Source: a virus | Direction: 5' to 3' (one strand) | DNA: 64,000 bases | IMG/VR virus record: IMGVR_UViG_3300042691_027833 | Coordinates: 3,491-67,490 of that record | Translations under genes and position numbers: made by a program | Shown: in pieces, positions 47,028-59,000 of the stretch | Layout of the letters: every line of letters starts with the position of its first letter | Position numbering within the stretch: the stretch's first letter is position 1 | The notes under the pieces: model-generated | Told to the model about the DNA's origin: nothing | What the model saw: only the letters and a program-made list of their open reading frames with translations | Databases searched by the model: none

Positions 47028-49172
47028 TTACTCGCATGATTTAGTGTAGTCTATTGATATTTCTATTCTCGATTCACAGCCATATTTGGGCTTAAGTGGA
47101 CACAACGGATTTGGTTGGTCACATGGATCCGGTGGTACGTCCGCTGCTTGTGGTGGACACTCACCAGAACAATACACCTCTATAATATCACCAGGAAAAA
47201 CATATTCATCACAATTGTCTAAAGGTGGAGAAACCGATGGCGTAATAGTTGGTGTTACAGAACTTGTAGGCGTTGGCCCAAGAGGAGTAGCTGTTGCGGT
47301 CATAGAAGGAGAGGGTGGAGGAGTACCTGCGGGCGTAGAGCTTGGAGTAATGCTAGGGGTAGGTCCAGGGGTTGATGTTGGTGTTTTTGTTATTGTACTA
47401 GTTGGTGTGGATGTTTTAGTAACTGTTGGTGTTCGAGTAGGAGATGCTGCGGGCGTAGATGTTGGCTCACTAGTTGGCGTAGGTGTTGGGGTCATAGAAG
47501 AAGTAGGAACTGGAGTATCTTTAAATTGTCTTAAGTACATATAATATTGAAAACTATTAAACGAAATTCCTATTAGTTCAACAATTTCCCAATCCACAAA
47601 TCCTTGTAATAATAACCATTCTATAGCATACTTTTGAATGTTATTTAATAAAACTGCTGGTTGACTAGACGGACTTAATGATAAACTAGGTGTCTGTGTT
47701 GGAGTTTTGGTCTGTGTAGATGTGGGTGTGACAGTATTAGTTGGCGTTGATGTTACGGTAGATGTTGGAGTGGGTGTACTAGTAGCGGTTGCAGAAGGGG
47801 TTGGTGTCATACCAGGAGTGGGTGTGACAGTACTAGTAGGTGTTGGTGTTTGTGTGCGTGTTACTGTCGGAGTCTGAGATGGAGTCGAAGTGGGTGTGCG
47901 ACTAGGAGCTGGAGGAATAGCAGATGTGACAGTCTTAGCTTCACCATTCTTTCTAAGAATTCTGGTTACAATACTACCTTTGCCAATATTTATTTTGTCA
48001 AATTTAATTTTACCAGCTATTTTAGGTCTAAGTCTTATAATATTCATATTCGATAGTTCATTAGCTGGTACAATATATGGATCACAAATAAATCCTTTTC
48101 CTCTTCTTCTAAATTGTGGCCTAGCGCCGTTATTGGATGGTGTTGCGTCAGGAGTGCCTGTGGGTGTTGGTGTGTTAGTTGCTGACGGTGTTGTGGTTTG
48201 GGTTGCTGTTGGTGTTGATGTGGCAGCAGGAGTGGCCGTAGGCTCAGGAGTTGGAGTGTTACTAGTAGTAGGCGCTGGTGTGTTAGTTTGTGTAGGGGTG
48301 GCCGTTTGAGAGATGCTGGGTGTGGGTGTTTTGGTGGCTGTAGGCGTCATAGTTCGTGTTGGTGTGACGCTTCTGGTTGGTGTGGGTGTTCTAGTACTGG
48401 TAGGCGTAGGAGTAGGTGATGGCCTAATAGGAATACACGGATAATCATTTTGAATAATTTGAGTTACCTGTTGCGTACTAATACCCAGTAAACTAGCAAT
48501 TCTCGAAATATCTTCATTAATAGAATGCAAATAACAAACAGCCATTACTAATATAGAACAAGAAGAGCCTTTGCTGGGAGAAACAGAAGGAGTATTTGTA
48601 ATAGTTGGTGTCGTAGTTGGGGTAGCAGTACCAGTTGGTGTTACTGTTGAGGTTGGTGTAGAAGTAGGAGTCTCTGTTGGAGTAGTTGTTGCGGTTGGAG
48701 TGATACTACTGGTTGGTGTTACAGTACTCGTGGCTGTAGGACTAGCATTAGGGGTTGGTGTTTGTGTACTAGTTGGCGTAGGAGTGTTGTCTGGGGTAGC
48801 AGACACAGTGGGTGTCTGAGTTGGCGAAGACTCGGGACGCACGGCACTAAGAGCATAGTCATATACCAGCTCCACCTCCTCATCCTGTATTAAATCAAAA
48901 GAGTTATAGATAATAATAACTCCATCTTTTTCTACATAATAAATAAATGTACAGCCGCCACTCTGTCCGGTTGATTTAGCCTTAATCTTTATCTTATTAG
49001 ACCCAACAATACTATACTCAGATACATTAATTGGTTCTGTATTTAATTCAGCTACAAGATTAATAGTCCTAATAAATCTATCATTAATATATAGATCTAT
49101 TTGATCTCCGTCTACCAGAGACGGATCAAAAAAATATAACTTAGAATATTGATCTATAGTTTCAAATGACAT
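47028..49172 (-). CDS. Thr/Pro-repeat multidomain protein with two HTH-like modules
   Basis: 714-aa ORF with four TP-rich tracts separating small domains. Confidence 0.7.
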   Translation of the reverse strand: MSFETIDQYSKLYFFDPSLVDGDQIDLYINDRFIRTINLVAELNTEPINVSEYSIVGSNKIKIKAKSTGQSGGCTFIYYVEKDGVIIIYNSFDLIQDEEVELVYDYALSAVRPESSPTQTPTVSATPDNTPTPTSTQTPTPNASPTATSTVTPTSSITPTATTTPTETPTSTPTSTVTPTGTATPTTTPTITNTPSVSPSKGSSCSILVMAVCYLHSINEDISRIASLLGISTQQVTQIIQNDYPCIPIRPSPTPTPTSTRTPTPTRSVTPTRTMTPTATKTPTPSISQTATPTQTNTPAPTTSNTPTPEPTATPAATSTPTATQTTTPSATNTPTPTGTPDATPSNNGARPQFRRRGKGFICDPYIVPANELSNMNIIRLRPKIAGKIKFDKINIGKGSIVTRILRKNGEAKTVTSAIPPAPSRTPTSTPSQTPTVTRTQTPTPTSTVTPTPGMTPTPSATATSTPTPTSTVTSTPTNTVTPTSTQTKTPTQTPSLSLSPSSQPAVLLNNIQKYAIEWLLLQGFVDWEIVELIGISFNSFQYYMYLRQFKDTPVPTSSMTPTPTPTSEPTSTPAASPTRTPTVTKTSTPTSTITKTPTSTPGPTPSITPSSTPAGTPPPSPSMTATATPLGPTPTSSVTPTITPSVSPPLDNCDEYVFPGDIIEVYCSGECPPQAADVPPDPCDQPNPLCPLKPKYGCESRIEISIDYTKSCE
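47230..48835 (-). repeat. Four Thr/Pro low-complexity tracts
   Basis: TPTPT/TPTAT/TPSIT repeats, seen as GT-rich tracts on the + strand. Confidence 0.9.
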
Positions 49173-49177
49173 TTTAT

Positions 49178-52100
49178 TTATTCTATAACAGGTCCGTCGA
49201 AATATTCATATGGTATCCATTCCCAAAATTCTTTTGCTTCTGCTATTGGTGAATTCTTAATCTCTATGCCGTCCACACTTCCAAAATATGCTCTAAAAAT
49301 CATCTCATTTTGTAGTTTAAAGAATATAGGAGGGTCTATCATTTTACCATAATTAGCTGATGTCGAATCGGTGTCTATACATCTCCAAACAGATAATCCA
49401 TTATACATTGGTCCGCCAGGAGCGGGAATAAGATCTTTTCCTAAATTACCATTATAATCATATACATATCTCTGATATATTGGATCAATAGTTTTAAGTT
49501 TTCTTGGTATAATTCTAAACTTCATTTTTATATTATCTGTACTATCTAAATTGAATATATCTTTTACTAATCCCGACCTTACCAAATTCGCAATTTTAGG
49601 ATATAGATATCTTTCCTTAACGGTCAATAATGTATCTCTCATATTATCTTCACAGGACAAGAAAAATTTCTTAGTAACAGGCTCATGACCAGTTTCTATA
49701 TCCTTGCCCCATTCAGCCACTTGAGGATACTGTTGTTTTTCTTCTTCTACTTTTTTATTAATACAAATTGTGCCACCGCCAGATGACTTAAATTCAAAGT
49801 CGGCGCCATTCGCAGTAGTATAAGAACATACTGAATCACATTCTGGATATTGATAATATTCAACAATAGGAGAACAAGAATATTCAGTTTCATAGAGTAT
49901 TCGTGGCATAGCCTCGTCTGTAATAGAACAAGTTTGATTAGCGTCAATATTAAACCAAAAATAATCTTTAGTTTTATATTCTATTATAACCTTTGGTGGC
50001 ACTCCAGCCTGTCCTGTTTGTGGAATAGTTTTAAAGACTATTTCTTGTATAGGTAATACGTTTGGAGAAGCTCTGCTATCGTTTTCTAAAATTTTTAATA
50101 ATCCCGCTCTTTCATCTGATAGAGATATTAGTTTTAATTTGGCTTGTTGTTTTTTGCAGTCTGAACTTGTGTTGTTGAAATTGGGGTATTGGCATACATC
50201 TGTGGCTTCTGATGAGCTATTATATACAGTAATTAAATCTGGTATATTATCAATTACAGATATGGAGGCTGTGGGTAATATATTCGACGGCACTCCTGTG
50301 ACGGAAATAAAGTCGATTCTATCTTGTATAGATTTTTTCTGTGTTTCTGACAGCTTTTGGGTAGGTTTATATTTGACATAATCATTTTCGATATATAAAT
50401 ATCCGGACGCTGGTACAGATGCGAACTTATCTGATTTTAGATCCATAAAATAATAATTTTGTCGATCTTTTTGTAGGATTCCTCCAACCATATCTATTAT
50501 TACATTCGTTTTGTCTGCTTCTGAGATATCCTCACTAAAAAACTCTTCATAACCAGCGGTATCTTTTGCATATCCATAATCGTTAATACTAAAAGGATAA
50601 GCTTTACATAAAGAATTGGGCGAATCTACGTCTGGATCAAAGTCTATTGTGGTAGTTGATCCATTACTTTCTATAAAAATTTTATTATACTTATATCTAT
50701 CATTTACATGATTATTTAGTATATTATATACTTGATCTAAATTATTAGTATCATAAGATAAAGACGCATAGACATCTGGATCTACATATGGTGTTCCATA
50801 TCCATAATTACCCTCTCCCATAGCGGAATGACTTATTTTAGTAGCTACTCTTGATCCAAGCTCATCTGTGGATTTAGACAAACCCCATTTCCCTATACTA
50901 GAGTCATCTCCAATAGTTTCTGTATCTGAATATATCAACAAAACATTGTTTGTATTTTTATATAGGTATCCGGAAGATAAGGTAGTTACTGGACTATTTA
51001 ATACCAACACAGTATATGATGAATTGGTAATATTAATAATATATTTATCGGTAATAGTACGAGTTATGGGATTTTCTCTATCGGTATTTGAAGACAAAGA
51101 TACACTTTCATTGATATCAAAAAAATTAGCCGCCCTAGATCCTTTAATTTTGATTATTTGTTTGCCTGTGATGTTAGCTGAGGTAATATTATTGGTATTA
51201 TCATTATTGTAATATTTATTGTTTATTAAAAACTTAATATTTTTGGTGTCTGGAAATCTAACCCAAGCGCCGCTTTTAATAACATAAAGACCATTGTCCG
51301 TTGCTGTTGTTTGAGAGGCTAATTCAACAATATCTCCTTCGTCAAATTTCAATGTGATAGTTAAGTCTGAGTTTGTAGGATCTGGAACCGTTTGTTCCAA
51401 CCCAACTCGTAATATATTGGTGTCAAACTTATATTTAATTTCTCCACTACCAGCCAGATTTTTATCTTCTGCTACTACATCAAATTTAAATAAAGATAGC
51501 GGCTTCGCAACTTCCGGAGTTAATTTAAGATAATTATATCTCTTGAGTCTAAGAATATCAGAATGTTCATATCTATTGATTGGAACTTCCATTTTATACC
51601 AAGTAATATTATCTTTACTCAAAGACACAACTGCTTTATCTGCATATCCTTGTGCTACAGCCTCATATCCTGGCTGAAAATAGTTACGCTCTAATTCTTC
51701 TTGCATTCGCTGAAATCTAATATCATATAACATACTAATTATTGGATCGCTACGACCACCTCTACTAAAAGCTTGTTGTAATTCCCAAGCAGCAAACATG
51801 GCACCAACTAATGTAAAAAACGGAGTAAAAGAATAAAAGACGAAAGGGAATTTGATTTCTTGATAAGATAACGGTCTAGATAATTCATCATCATTAATAT
51901 ATCTACAATAATAATTAATATTCGCTAAATACTCGTACGGAGCATTCATATTGACTTTAGGTATGAGATAGGTCTTGTCTGTAAAATCTCCAATAAAATT
52001 ATGTCCATAAATAACGGAATTAGTATCATTATTATAATCTATATGTCCTCGGGGATTTTTGTTGTTGAATTTAGGAGTTTTGGTAGTATGTACAATCAAA

Positions 52101-55100
52101 TCCCATGAGCAAATACTATTTGCTATAGTATTACTAGTTCTGGCTAGTTCAAATGATGATAAGCCAGACAACTCCGAATTATTTACAACATTATCCATAG
52201 ACAAGACCTTTTCTTCTTGTCCAAGTATAATTACTTTTAAAATAAAAGAAGTATTGAGCAATGGAATATTTTTAAATTGAGCTAATGAAGCAGATTTGAC
52301 TGGTACAAAATTATTTTTAATAGCCTTTTTATACTTAGCAGAGGTTTTGTCTGAGTAGGTGTTCGTCGATAATGTCGGACCAACTGGTATGCTGGAATAA
52401 ATAGGGTCATTGTTACTACTTATATAGGTATCATATTTGTTTTGATCATCAAAAACGGCCTCATGATGATGATGATCACTAAACAACAAGCTAAAATTAT
52501 AATTATAGTTATCTAAGGACTCTTGATTATATAGATATATGGTTCTTGATGATGAGCTGGTGTTAGCATTATTTTCTGCGATTTTAGATAGATATGTATC
52601 TAAATCCGGTATTCCGGTAGATTCTTTATTATTTGATATGAATAGCTTATTAAAATCTGGTAAAGCTGGTAGAGTGTCATTGAATATCTCTAAAGCTAGA
52701 ATCATATTTTTAGGATTAGGATAGTTAATAAAATTAATTTTAAGTTCCAGATCTTGTATTGTTAGATTATTCAATATGTTTGGCGGAAACGAGTACATTG
52801 TGGTAGCTATTCCAGGATAACAATTGCTGGATATGCTACTGTTTATAATAGGATCACATATAAAGCTATCTTCTGTTTCATTATCTGTACATCTTTCAAG
52901 ATACAAATCATCTATATATTCTTGAGCTTTATACGATATACCATTAATATTTCTATACCCATGAAACCATGCGTGTTCATTAAAATACGCACCTGTATCG
53001 CTACCATTTTTTAGTAGTATTCTACTCATATAGGTGTTATATGATGTGTTTGTACCAACCGTCATACCCCTCATATCAAACATGCCATTACCAGTAAAAT
53101 ATAAAGATTTATATCTTGCTAATTTATATCTATGTACAGATGTAATATTAGCTCCGTACGAAGATAAACTACTGTATGCACTACTACCGAGATTATTGAC
53201 TATTGATGGATAGGTAGTGGAAGTACTAGCCGGATACCATCCTGAATTTGGATGAAAATATCCTTTATTTAAAGTTACGTATCCATTAATGGGTATATCC
53301 ATCATATTGCATCTGATTTTGGGGTTGTCTCCTCCCATATAATTTCTAATTAATAATCTGTCCATTACCATGGGATTGTTAGACACTATTGGATTAGATG
53401 GATTCGCACCATCTCCCCAAAAACCATTAGGTAATTTTTTTATAGATAATCTTCTAGAAGTAGAGCCTTCATACACAGGATGAAACGGTATTTCTACACC
53501 AATTTGATTAATTACTGTATTTGCATATCCGCCATAGGAAAAAACATCTGGACCAAGTATTGTAGATACTGCTGGAAAATTATACTCTTGACGAAACTCT
53601 CTTTCCTTGCCATTTTCATCATAACCCCTACCATAAAAAGTGATAGAATCTGGATCACGATCTTGTCTAAAATATCTAGCAACAAAGGTGTTGATAATAG
53701 TACCTACTCTATCTCGTTGTCTTACAATTTTATCTTGATAAAAACTTTTGCATTGAGCAGTATCGGGGGTTCCGTCTCTCATATTTTCAATAGATACAGA
53801 ATGTAATTTAACCACAGTATTTAAAGTATCAAACTTAATAGAAAATTCTGCATTATTAGCTACCTGGGCCAAAAAACCCAGACCAATCTTTCTGTTAAGC
53901 AGTCTTGAAGACGAGGTGCTGTCCGTAATAACTTGTTGATTAGTCTGGGCTATATTGTATATATCACTATCTACAATCCAAATTAAACCATTTTTATTTA
54001 ATGCAAATTGTCTTAAATTAGAACATATAGCATTATATTTTTGAACAATAAAATCATTGGAATCTTCTGTGGTTCTTGGCGGCACAGATGTGTCGGCTGA
54101 TCCTATGTATACCCTGATATAGTCTGATGCTTTAAGTATTGACGACTTTGTAACTTGACATTGCAAAGTATACAGTCCGGGCTTTTTGATATAAAAATCC
54201 GGTCGTGAATCATATGATATTTTGTTTCGTTTCAAAAAATCTATCCTACCATTTTGTGCATAATTACTAAATCTAAAACATTCTGGACCGTCTATCAGTT
54301 GCCAGAATACATCTACATCTTCTGGTAAAGATAAATCATAATTAATTTTCATTTCTCCGTTACTGTCTGGAGTAAATGGTAAAACTATATCTTTGCCTAG
54401 ATTAACTCTAAGTTTTTCAGATTTTGGCTCTATAGATATATCCCACGGAATATCTATTCTTTGTGCTGGATTACGGTCTGAAAATATTCTCAAAGATTGA
54501 GATCTTATAGTATTGTCGGTCTTATCTATACTGTTTTTTATAGTAATATCCCCAACCTTATATTCAAAATTATTATAGATATAAGATTTAACTCTATCTG
54601 TAGAAGGAATAGCAGTTTTTGCACAAAAGGTTTTATGATTAATATCAAAATAAGCGTGTGGTCCATTCGGTAGTAAAGTACTCATCTTGACTTTGCGTAT
54701 TTGATTATTTTCTATTCTTAAATTAGCTGCATATTTAGTAATTAGTTTTTTATACAGCTGGCTCGGTGTTCTAATATAGTTATTTTTACTATTCTGGTTG
54801 TCTATTTTATTAGTTAGATTATTTAATTTTACTGTGATTGTGTTTATAATATTAACTAATTCTCGAATTTCTTCATTAATGGTAGTTGGAGCCGTTGTGG
54901 CAAGATACGTATTGATATTTGTTCTGATATCTTCATTATATAAACAATTAATTGTTACTCTGTCTATCAAAGGACTAGTAGCTAATATGCTACATAATTT
55001 TTTAAGTTTTTCATTATAGCACACCGTACCAATAGTTGTGCTATTACGAATTCTATCCACAGTAAAAGCATTATATATCGCCCGATAGATATGATATAGT

Positions 55101-56053
55101 CCGGGTGATAGGTAGGATCTAGATGGTATGCGTCGATTAGTTCTAAAATCACTTTTTTCTCTACTATTATTATAGTAGCTATAAAACTCTCCATCAGATA
55201 CCCAAATCTGATAGTCTGGGAAAAGTAGAGTTTGTGCATTATTTAAGAAATTTTGACTATATGTTGCATAAAACTTTATATTATTAGTATTTTTTGCTGT
55301 GCTAATATCTATTGTTGATCTTAGGAGATTGTCTGTGTCCTTTGTTCCATAGTTGAATGTTGGGCCATTATTCCAATCTACCGGGCTTTTGTCAAGAAAT
55401 TTTAGTGTATTGTTGTCTAATTTAATTAATTTATCTGATGTAGTCGCCAGTGTAGTATTATTTCCATCATTACTAATGATATTTTCTGTAGGTGACACTA
55501 CTGTAAGTTTAGGCAAATCTTTAAGTGAGTATTGAGTAGTATTAGTACTCAGAGGATCATTTTGTTTATACCAATACAATACTCCGTATTCTGGTTCTAT
55601 AGCAGCAATATTTGAATTAATAAACCAGTCAACAGATATAGATGATCCGTCTGTAGCCAGCACATCATTATTATCTACTACTGACCAATGTTTAAAAATT
55701 GGTTTTTGTACTGTAATAAAGTTCTCTATGCCCAAAACTTTATTTCCTACAACATTTCCGGCTAAAATTTCTTTATTTTGTACATAATTATCGTGGCTAA
55801 CAATAGCTGGTAACCAATTATAAGAGTTGGTATTTGGAACAGGCGTATGGGTACTTAAAAAACTACGCATCTCTGTAATCTTGAAGTGAATGTCAGAAAA
55901 TGCTCCAGAATTTTTATAGCTTAAATATACTCTTGGAGATGTTGACTGAGTTCTAGTATCATAAAGCGTCTCTTCTATCGTATGATCTTTAAGATCATTT
56001 AGAAAAGAACTATTATATATATTACATTTGTGTTTGGTATTGATAGGATACAT
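49178..56053 (-). CDS. Giant putative tail/virion protein (2291 aa)
   Basis: PKD-like WQLIDGP...PGLYTLQC, P-domain-like IQDLELKIN...SWDL, and fibre motif QTTATDNGLY...GAWVR. Confidence 0.6.
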   Translation of the reverse strand: MYPINTKHKCNIYNSSFLNDLKDHTIEETLYDTRTQSTSPRVYLSYKNSGAFSDIHFKITEMRSFLSTHTPVPNTNSYNWLPAIVSHDNYVQNKEILAGNVVGNKVLGIENFITVQKPIFKHWSVVDNNDVLATDGSSISVDWFINSNIAAIEPEYGVLYWYKQNDPLSTNTTQYSLKDLPKLTVVSPTENIISNDGNNTTLATTSDKLIKLDNNTLKFLDKSPVDWNNGPTFNYGTKDTDNLLRSTIDISTAKNTNNIKFYATYSQNFLNNAQTLLFPDYQIWVSDGEFYSYYNNSREKSDFRTNRRIPSRSYLSPGLYHIYRAIYNAFTVDRIRNSTTIGTVCYNEKLKKLCSILATSPLIDRVTINCLYNEDIRTNINTYLATTAPTTINEEIRELVNIINTITVKLNNLTNKIDNQNSKNNYIRTPSQLYKKLITKYAANLRIENNQIRKVKMSTLLPNGPHAYFDINHKTFCAKTAIPSTDRVKSYIYNNFEYKVGDITIKNSIDKTDNTIRSQSLRIFSDRNPAQRIDIPWDISIEPKSEKLRVNLGKDIVLPFTPDSNGEMKINYDLSLPEDVDVFWQLIDGPECFRFSNYAQNGRIDFLKRNKISYDSRPDFYIKKPGLYTLQCQVTKSSILKASDYIRVYIGSADTSVPPRTTEDSNDFIVQKYNAICSNLRQFALNKNGLIWIVDSDIYNIAQTNQQVITDSTSSSRLLNRKIGLGFLAQVANNAEFSIKFDTLNTVVKLHSVSIENMRDGTPDTAQCKSFYQDKIVRQRDRVGTIINTFVARYFRQDRDPDSITFYGRGYDENGKEREFRQEYNFPAVSTILGPDVFSYGGYANTVINQIGVEIPFHPVYEGSTSRRLSIKKLPNGFWGDGANPSNPIVSNNPMVMDRLLIRNYMGGDNPKIRCNMMDIPINGYVTLNKGYFHPNSGWYPASTSTTYPSIVNNLGSSAYSSLSSYGANITSVHRYKLARYKSLYFTGNGMFDMRGMTVGTNTSYNTYMSRILLKNGSDTGAYFNEHAWFHGYRNINGISYKAQEYIDDLYLERCTDNETEDSFICDPIINSSISSNCYPGIATTMYSFPPNILNNLTIQDLELKINFINYPNPKNMILALEIFNDTLPALPDFNKLFISNNKESTGIPDLDTYLSKIAENNANTSSSSRTIYLYNQESLDNYNYNFSLLFSDHHHHEAVFDDQNKYDTYISSNNDPIYSSIPVGPTLSTNTYSDKTSAKYKKAIKNNFVPVKSASLAQFKNIPLLNTSFILKVIILGQEEKVLSMDNVVNNSELSGLSSFELARTSNTIANSICSWDLIVHTTKTPKFNNKNPRGHIDYNNDTNSVIYGHNFIGDFTDKTYLIPKVNMNAPYEYLANINYYCRYINDDELSRPLSYQEIKFPFVFYSFTPFFTLVGAMFAAWELQQAFSRGGRSDPIISMLYDIRFQRMQEELERNYFQPGYEAVAQGYADKAVVSLSKDNITWYKMEVPINRYEHSDILRLKRYNYLKLTPEVAKPLSLFKFDVVAEDKNLAGSGEIKYKFDTNILRVGLEQTVPDPTNSDLTITLKFDEGDIVELASQTTATDNGLYVIKSGAWVRFPDTKNIKFLINNKYYNNDNTNNITSANITGKQIIKIKGSRAANFFDINESVSLSSNTDRENPITRTITDKYIINITNSSYTVLVLNSPVTTLSSGYLYKNTNNVLLIYSDTETIGDDSSIGKWGLSKSTDELGSRVATKISHSAMGEGNYGYGTPYVDPDVYASLSYDTNNLDQVYNILNNHVNDRYKYNKIFIESNGSTTTIDFDPDVDSPNSLCKAYPFSINDYGYAKDTAGYEEFFSEDISEADKTNVIIDMVGGILQKDRQNYYFMDLKSDKFASVPASGYLYIENDYVKYKPTQKLSETQKKSIQDRIDFISVTGVPSNILPTASISVIDNIPDLITVYNSSSEATDVCQYPNFNNTSSDCKKQQAKLKLISLSDERAGLLKILENDSRASPNVLPIQEIVFKTIPQTGQAGVPPKVIIEYKTKDYFWFNIDANQTCSITDEAMPRILYETEYSCSPIVEYYQYPECDSVCSYTTANGADFEFKSSGGGTICINKKVEEEKQQYPQVAEWGKDIETGHEPVTKKFFLSCEDNMRDTLLTVKERYLYPKIANLVRSGLVKDIFNLDSTDNIKMKFRIIPRKLKTIDPIYQRYVYDYNGNLGKDLIPAPGGPMYNGLSVWRCIDTDSTSANYGKMIDPPIFFKLQNEMIFRAYFGSVDGIEIKNSPIAEAKEFWEWIPYEYFDGPVIE

Positions 56054-56055
56054 AA

Positions 56056-59000
56056 TTAACTGGGTTTAGCAGCCGTTAAAGTCCACAGACCGTTAATAAA
56101 AGTAAATAAGCCCTTTTGTCCAAATGCTGGAGCAAAACTGAATGGGTCATCAAAAGTTATGCTAGAAGTAGGTACGACTTCTCCCTTTTTACGTCCTTGT
56201 ATATAAGACATCTCTATCGTCGCAGAATTACCGGTTCCTACTGTACCTCCAACCACAAACATTTGCTTACTCACAGGCTCATAAAAGCCACTATCTTTAT
56301 CGTAACGACATAATAGTTTAGCACCTCGGGGAGCAGTATATCCACCACGGTCTTTTACAAATACTAATCTTCTGGAGTTAGCCGGTAATTTTTCAGAAGA
56401 ATACTCTAGGTCATCTAAGAATCCTCTAGCTGGATATGTTTCATCATAGTCTTGCGACTTAGTTAGATCCTCTTCTAATGTGACATAAACCATTTTATAG
56501 ATAGTCATAGCGTCAGAAGATTTTGTAGTCCATACCTGACGATTTTCATCCCACCTTAAGTCTATTGGCCCAACTTTCCATAGATTAGGATGTTCTGCCC
56601 AGTTTCTATAGAACTCCTTTAGTTTTTTCTTTTCTGTCCATTTATTATTTTCCCAATTCTGGGTTTTACTAATTATATCACCAAGACCAACTTGACCATC
56701 CGCATTAAAAGCACCATAGTGTTCCATATCATTTTCTAATTTACATTTATATACCTCAGTATCATCTGTCATTTTTGATATGGTATTATTGGGTCTTGTA
56801 ACAGACATGCCCGGTACTTTATAATAATAATTTTGTTCCCATAGCTTCTTTCCTGAATTATAATCATCTGCAACAACAAACATATCTTTATTTTTGAGAT
56901 CTTTAAATTTTACTCGTGTATTAGATTCTACTGTTTGTTTCAATATAAATCTTTTGGGATTACCATGTTCATCTACGAATTTGGCTTCATCGGCAGCATT
57001 TGGCACAGGGAATCCCTCTAGGTCGTATCCCCAAGCATGATAGATTATTGGACCTCTGAGACCAAAAAATCTTTGATTGTTTAATTTTTCTTTATTATCT
57101 GTATTTAATAAGTCTTTATGAAAATAATCTGCATTATAGCCTGTTCCAGCTTGTGTATTATCTGTATTATTTTGCATATTGCCGTCTAGTTTAATAAACT
57201 TGCCCATATTCCAACGCGTATTAATGCCCCATCCTTTTTGTGGTGGCATTTCTCCATGAGCTACTACTTCTATACTGTGTCTACATTTATCTTTTTCTCC
57301 AGCATTATAATTTCTAAATTCTCCATAAGGAACAACAATAGGCTGAAGACTTACTAAATTAATAGCGATTTCTTGTCCGCTGCCAGAGCTAGAACTGGAA
57401 CTACTAGACGTACTACTAACAGAAGAAGATGAACCAAATTCTGTAATAACATTAATATCTCTTTTATTTGTAACTATATATGGTGGCAAAATCTCTAATG
57501 ATTGTGCAGATGCTGTGGTTGTAGCGGTTGTTGCCAATCCGTCTTTTTTACTAACGCAATAGGGGCATTGATAGGACACCATCTGAACAGTAGCTCCATT
57601 AGTATATACCTGATCTTTTATTATACCTGTTTTATCACAGTATGGACATTCATGACGTTGATATTTTTGTAATGGATATGTGCTATAAAACTTAGTTGGA
57701 TAAAAAGATACTGGCGAAAAAATACCGTCCAAACTCATGGCTGATTTTAAAGAATATTCTTTAACAAGATCTGCGGGAGCTTCTTTTGATTGATATATAC
57801 CAACATATGTAGACCACCTACTATTTCTAATAGATGATCTCGCTGGATTACCGGCTTCGGCAAATTCTTTTTGGGACGTATCGTTCAATGCATATAAGTT
57901 TTTTTCTGTCTGATTTTCACCAGGATCTTGACCATAGGGCATCTCAAGTGTAAATGGAACAACACCAGTTCCGCCAGTATTAGATTCATTTGATCCTGGT
58001 TGCTTTTTATTTGCCTTCATTTGCTGACGAAGAGTTGCTAAGTCTTTTCGTATAGTCCTAGGCATACTCACGAATGGAAAAGCCCTACCACACATAATTT
58101 CTGTGGGACTCGTGCCATATAATCCAGATTGTAGGTTTTTGGATCCATATGGATTACCAGCATTTTTTATACTATGTAATCTTTCTTGTGTTTCTTTATT
58201 TATTCTATTAGTAAGCTTATTAGTTTGTGTGGCTAATTCTTTATTACGTTTAATATTTGCAGCTGCAAATTTACGAATTCTATCTGCATTTTCTTTATTA
58301 AATAAACCTAATTTACGAGTATGCGTTCTAAAATTATAAGTAGTACGTACTTGTTGAGGACTAATACTACACTGTATATTACTAACAATAGGAGCATAAG
58401 CATTTCTGTGTTCTGCATCGAACACAATTATATTGTAGCTTAAGTCTGTTGTAACTGCTGCGCGAGATGGAATATTAGGTGCTATAACAAGCTCTCCAAC
58501 AATAGGTATGTTTTCTAAAGGATTATTATTGGCTTGATATCTTTTTTGTACATAGGGAAGTGTCGCCATTCTTGGGGTAAATAATTGACTATTAATTATT
58601 ATACTGCCTTGTTCCACATCAGCTCGATCTGTATAGATAAATGGTGAACCAAGACCTAGTGTGGGCAAGCCAATAGTATCTATCCTCGCTGTTTCTGTAA
58701 TTTGTTGATAACTGCTATTAGCTTGTATTTCTCCTAAAACTACGCTATCTAATAGCGATACACTACCATAATTCCATGGAACATAATCTTCTTGTACTTC
58801 TACTTTAACACCAGCTATTAAATTTTCTACAGCGCGACTAGCAGCATCACCGGCTATTCCTGGGAAAATGTCGGTTTTTATTAATTCTGGATAATTGGTC
58901 CAAGGACCATATGTATACTGATTAGATTTAACAGGAATGCCAGCAAAGTATGGGTGCGCCGCTTTAGGAGCCAACATAGCATGTTGTACACTATTTGTGG

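Noticed and set aside
47086-48819. Val/Gly-rich + strand ORFs (47086, 47890, 48571) and the - strand ORF at 12719
   Set aside because: Antisense shadows of Thr/Pro repeats.
47230-48835. CRISPR-like or non-coding tandem array
   Set aside because: The repeats are degenerate, codon-phased and lie within an ORF; there is no constant repeat/spacer structure.
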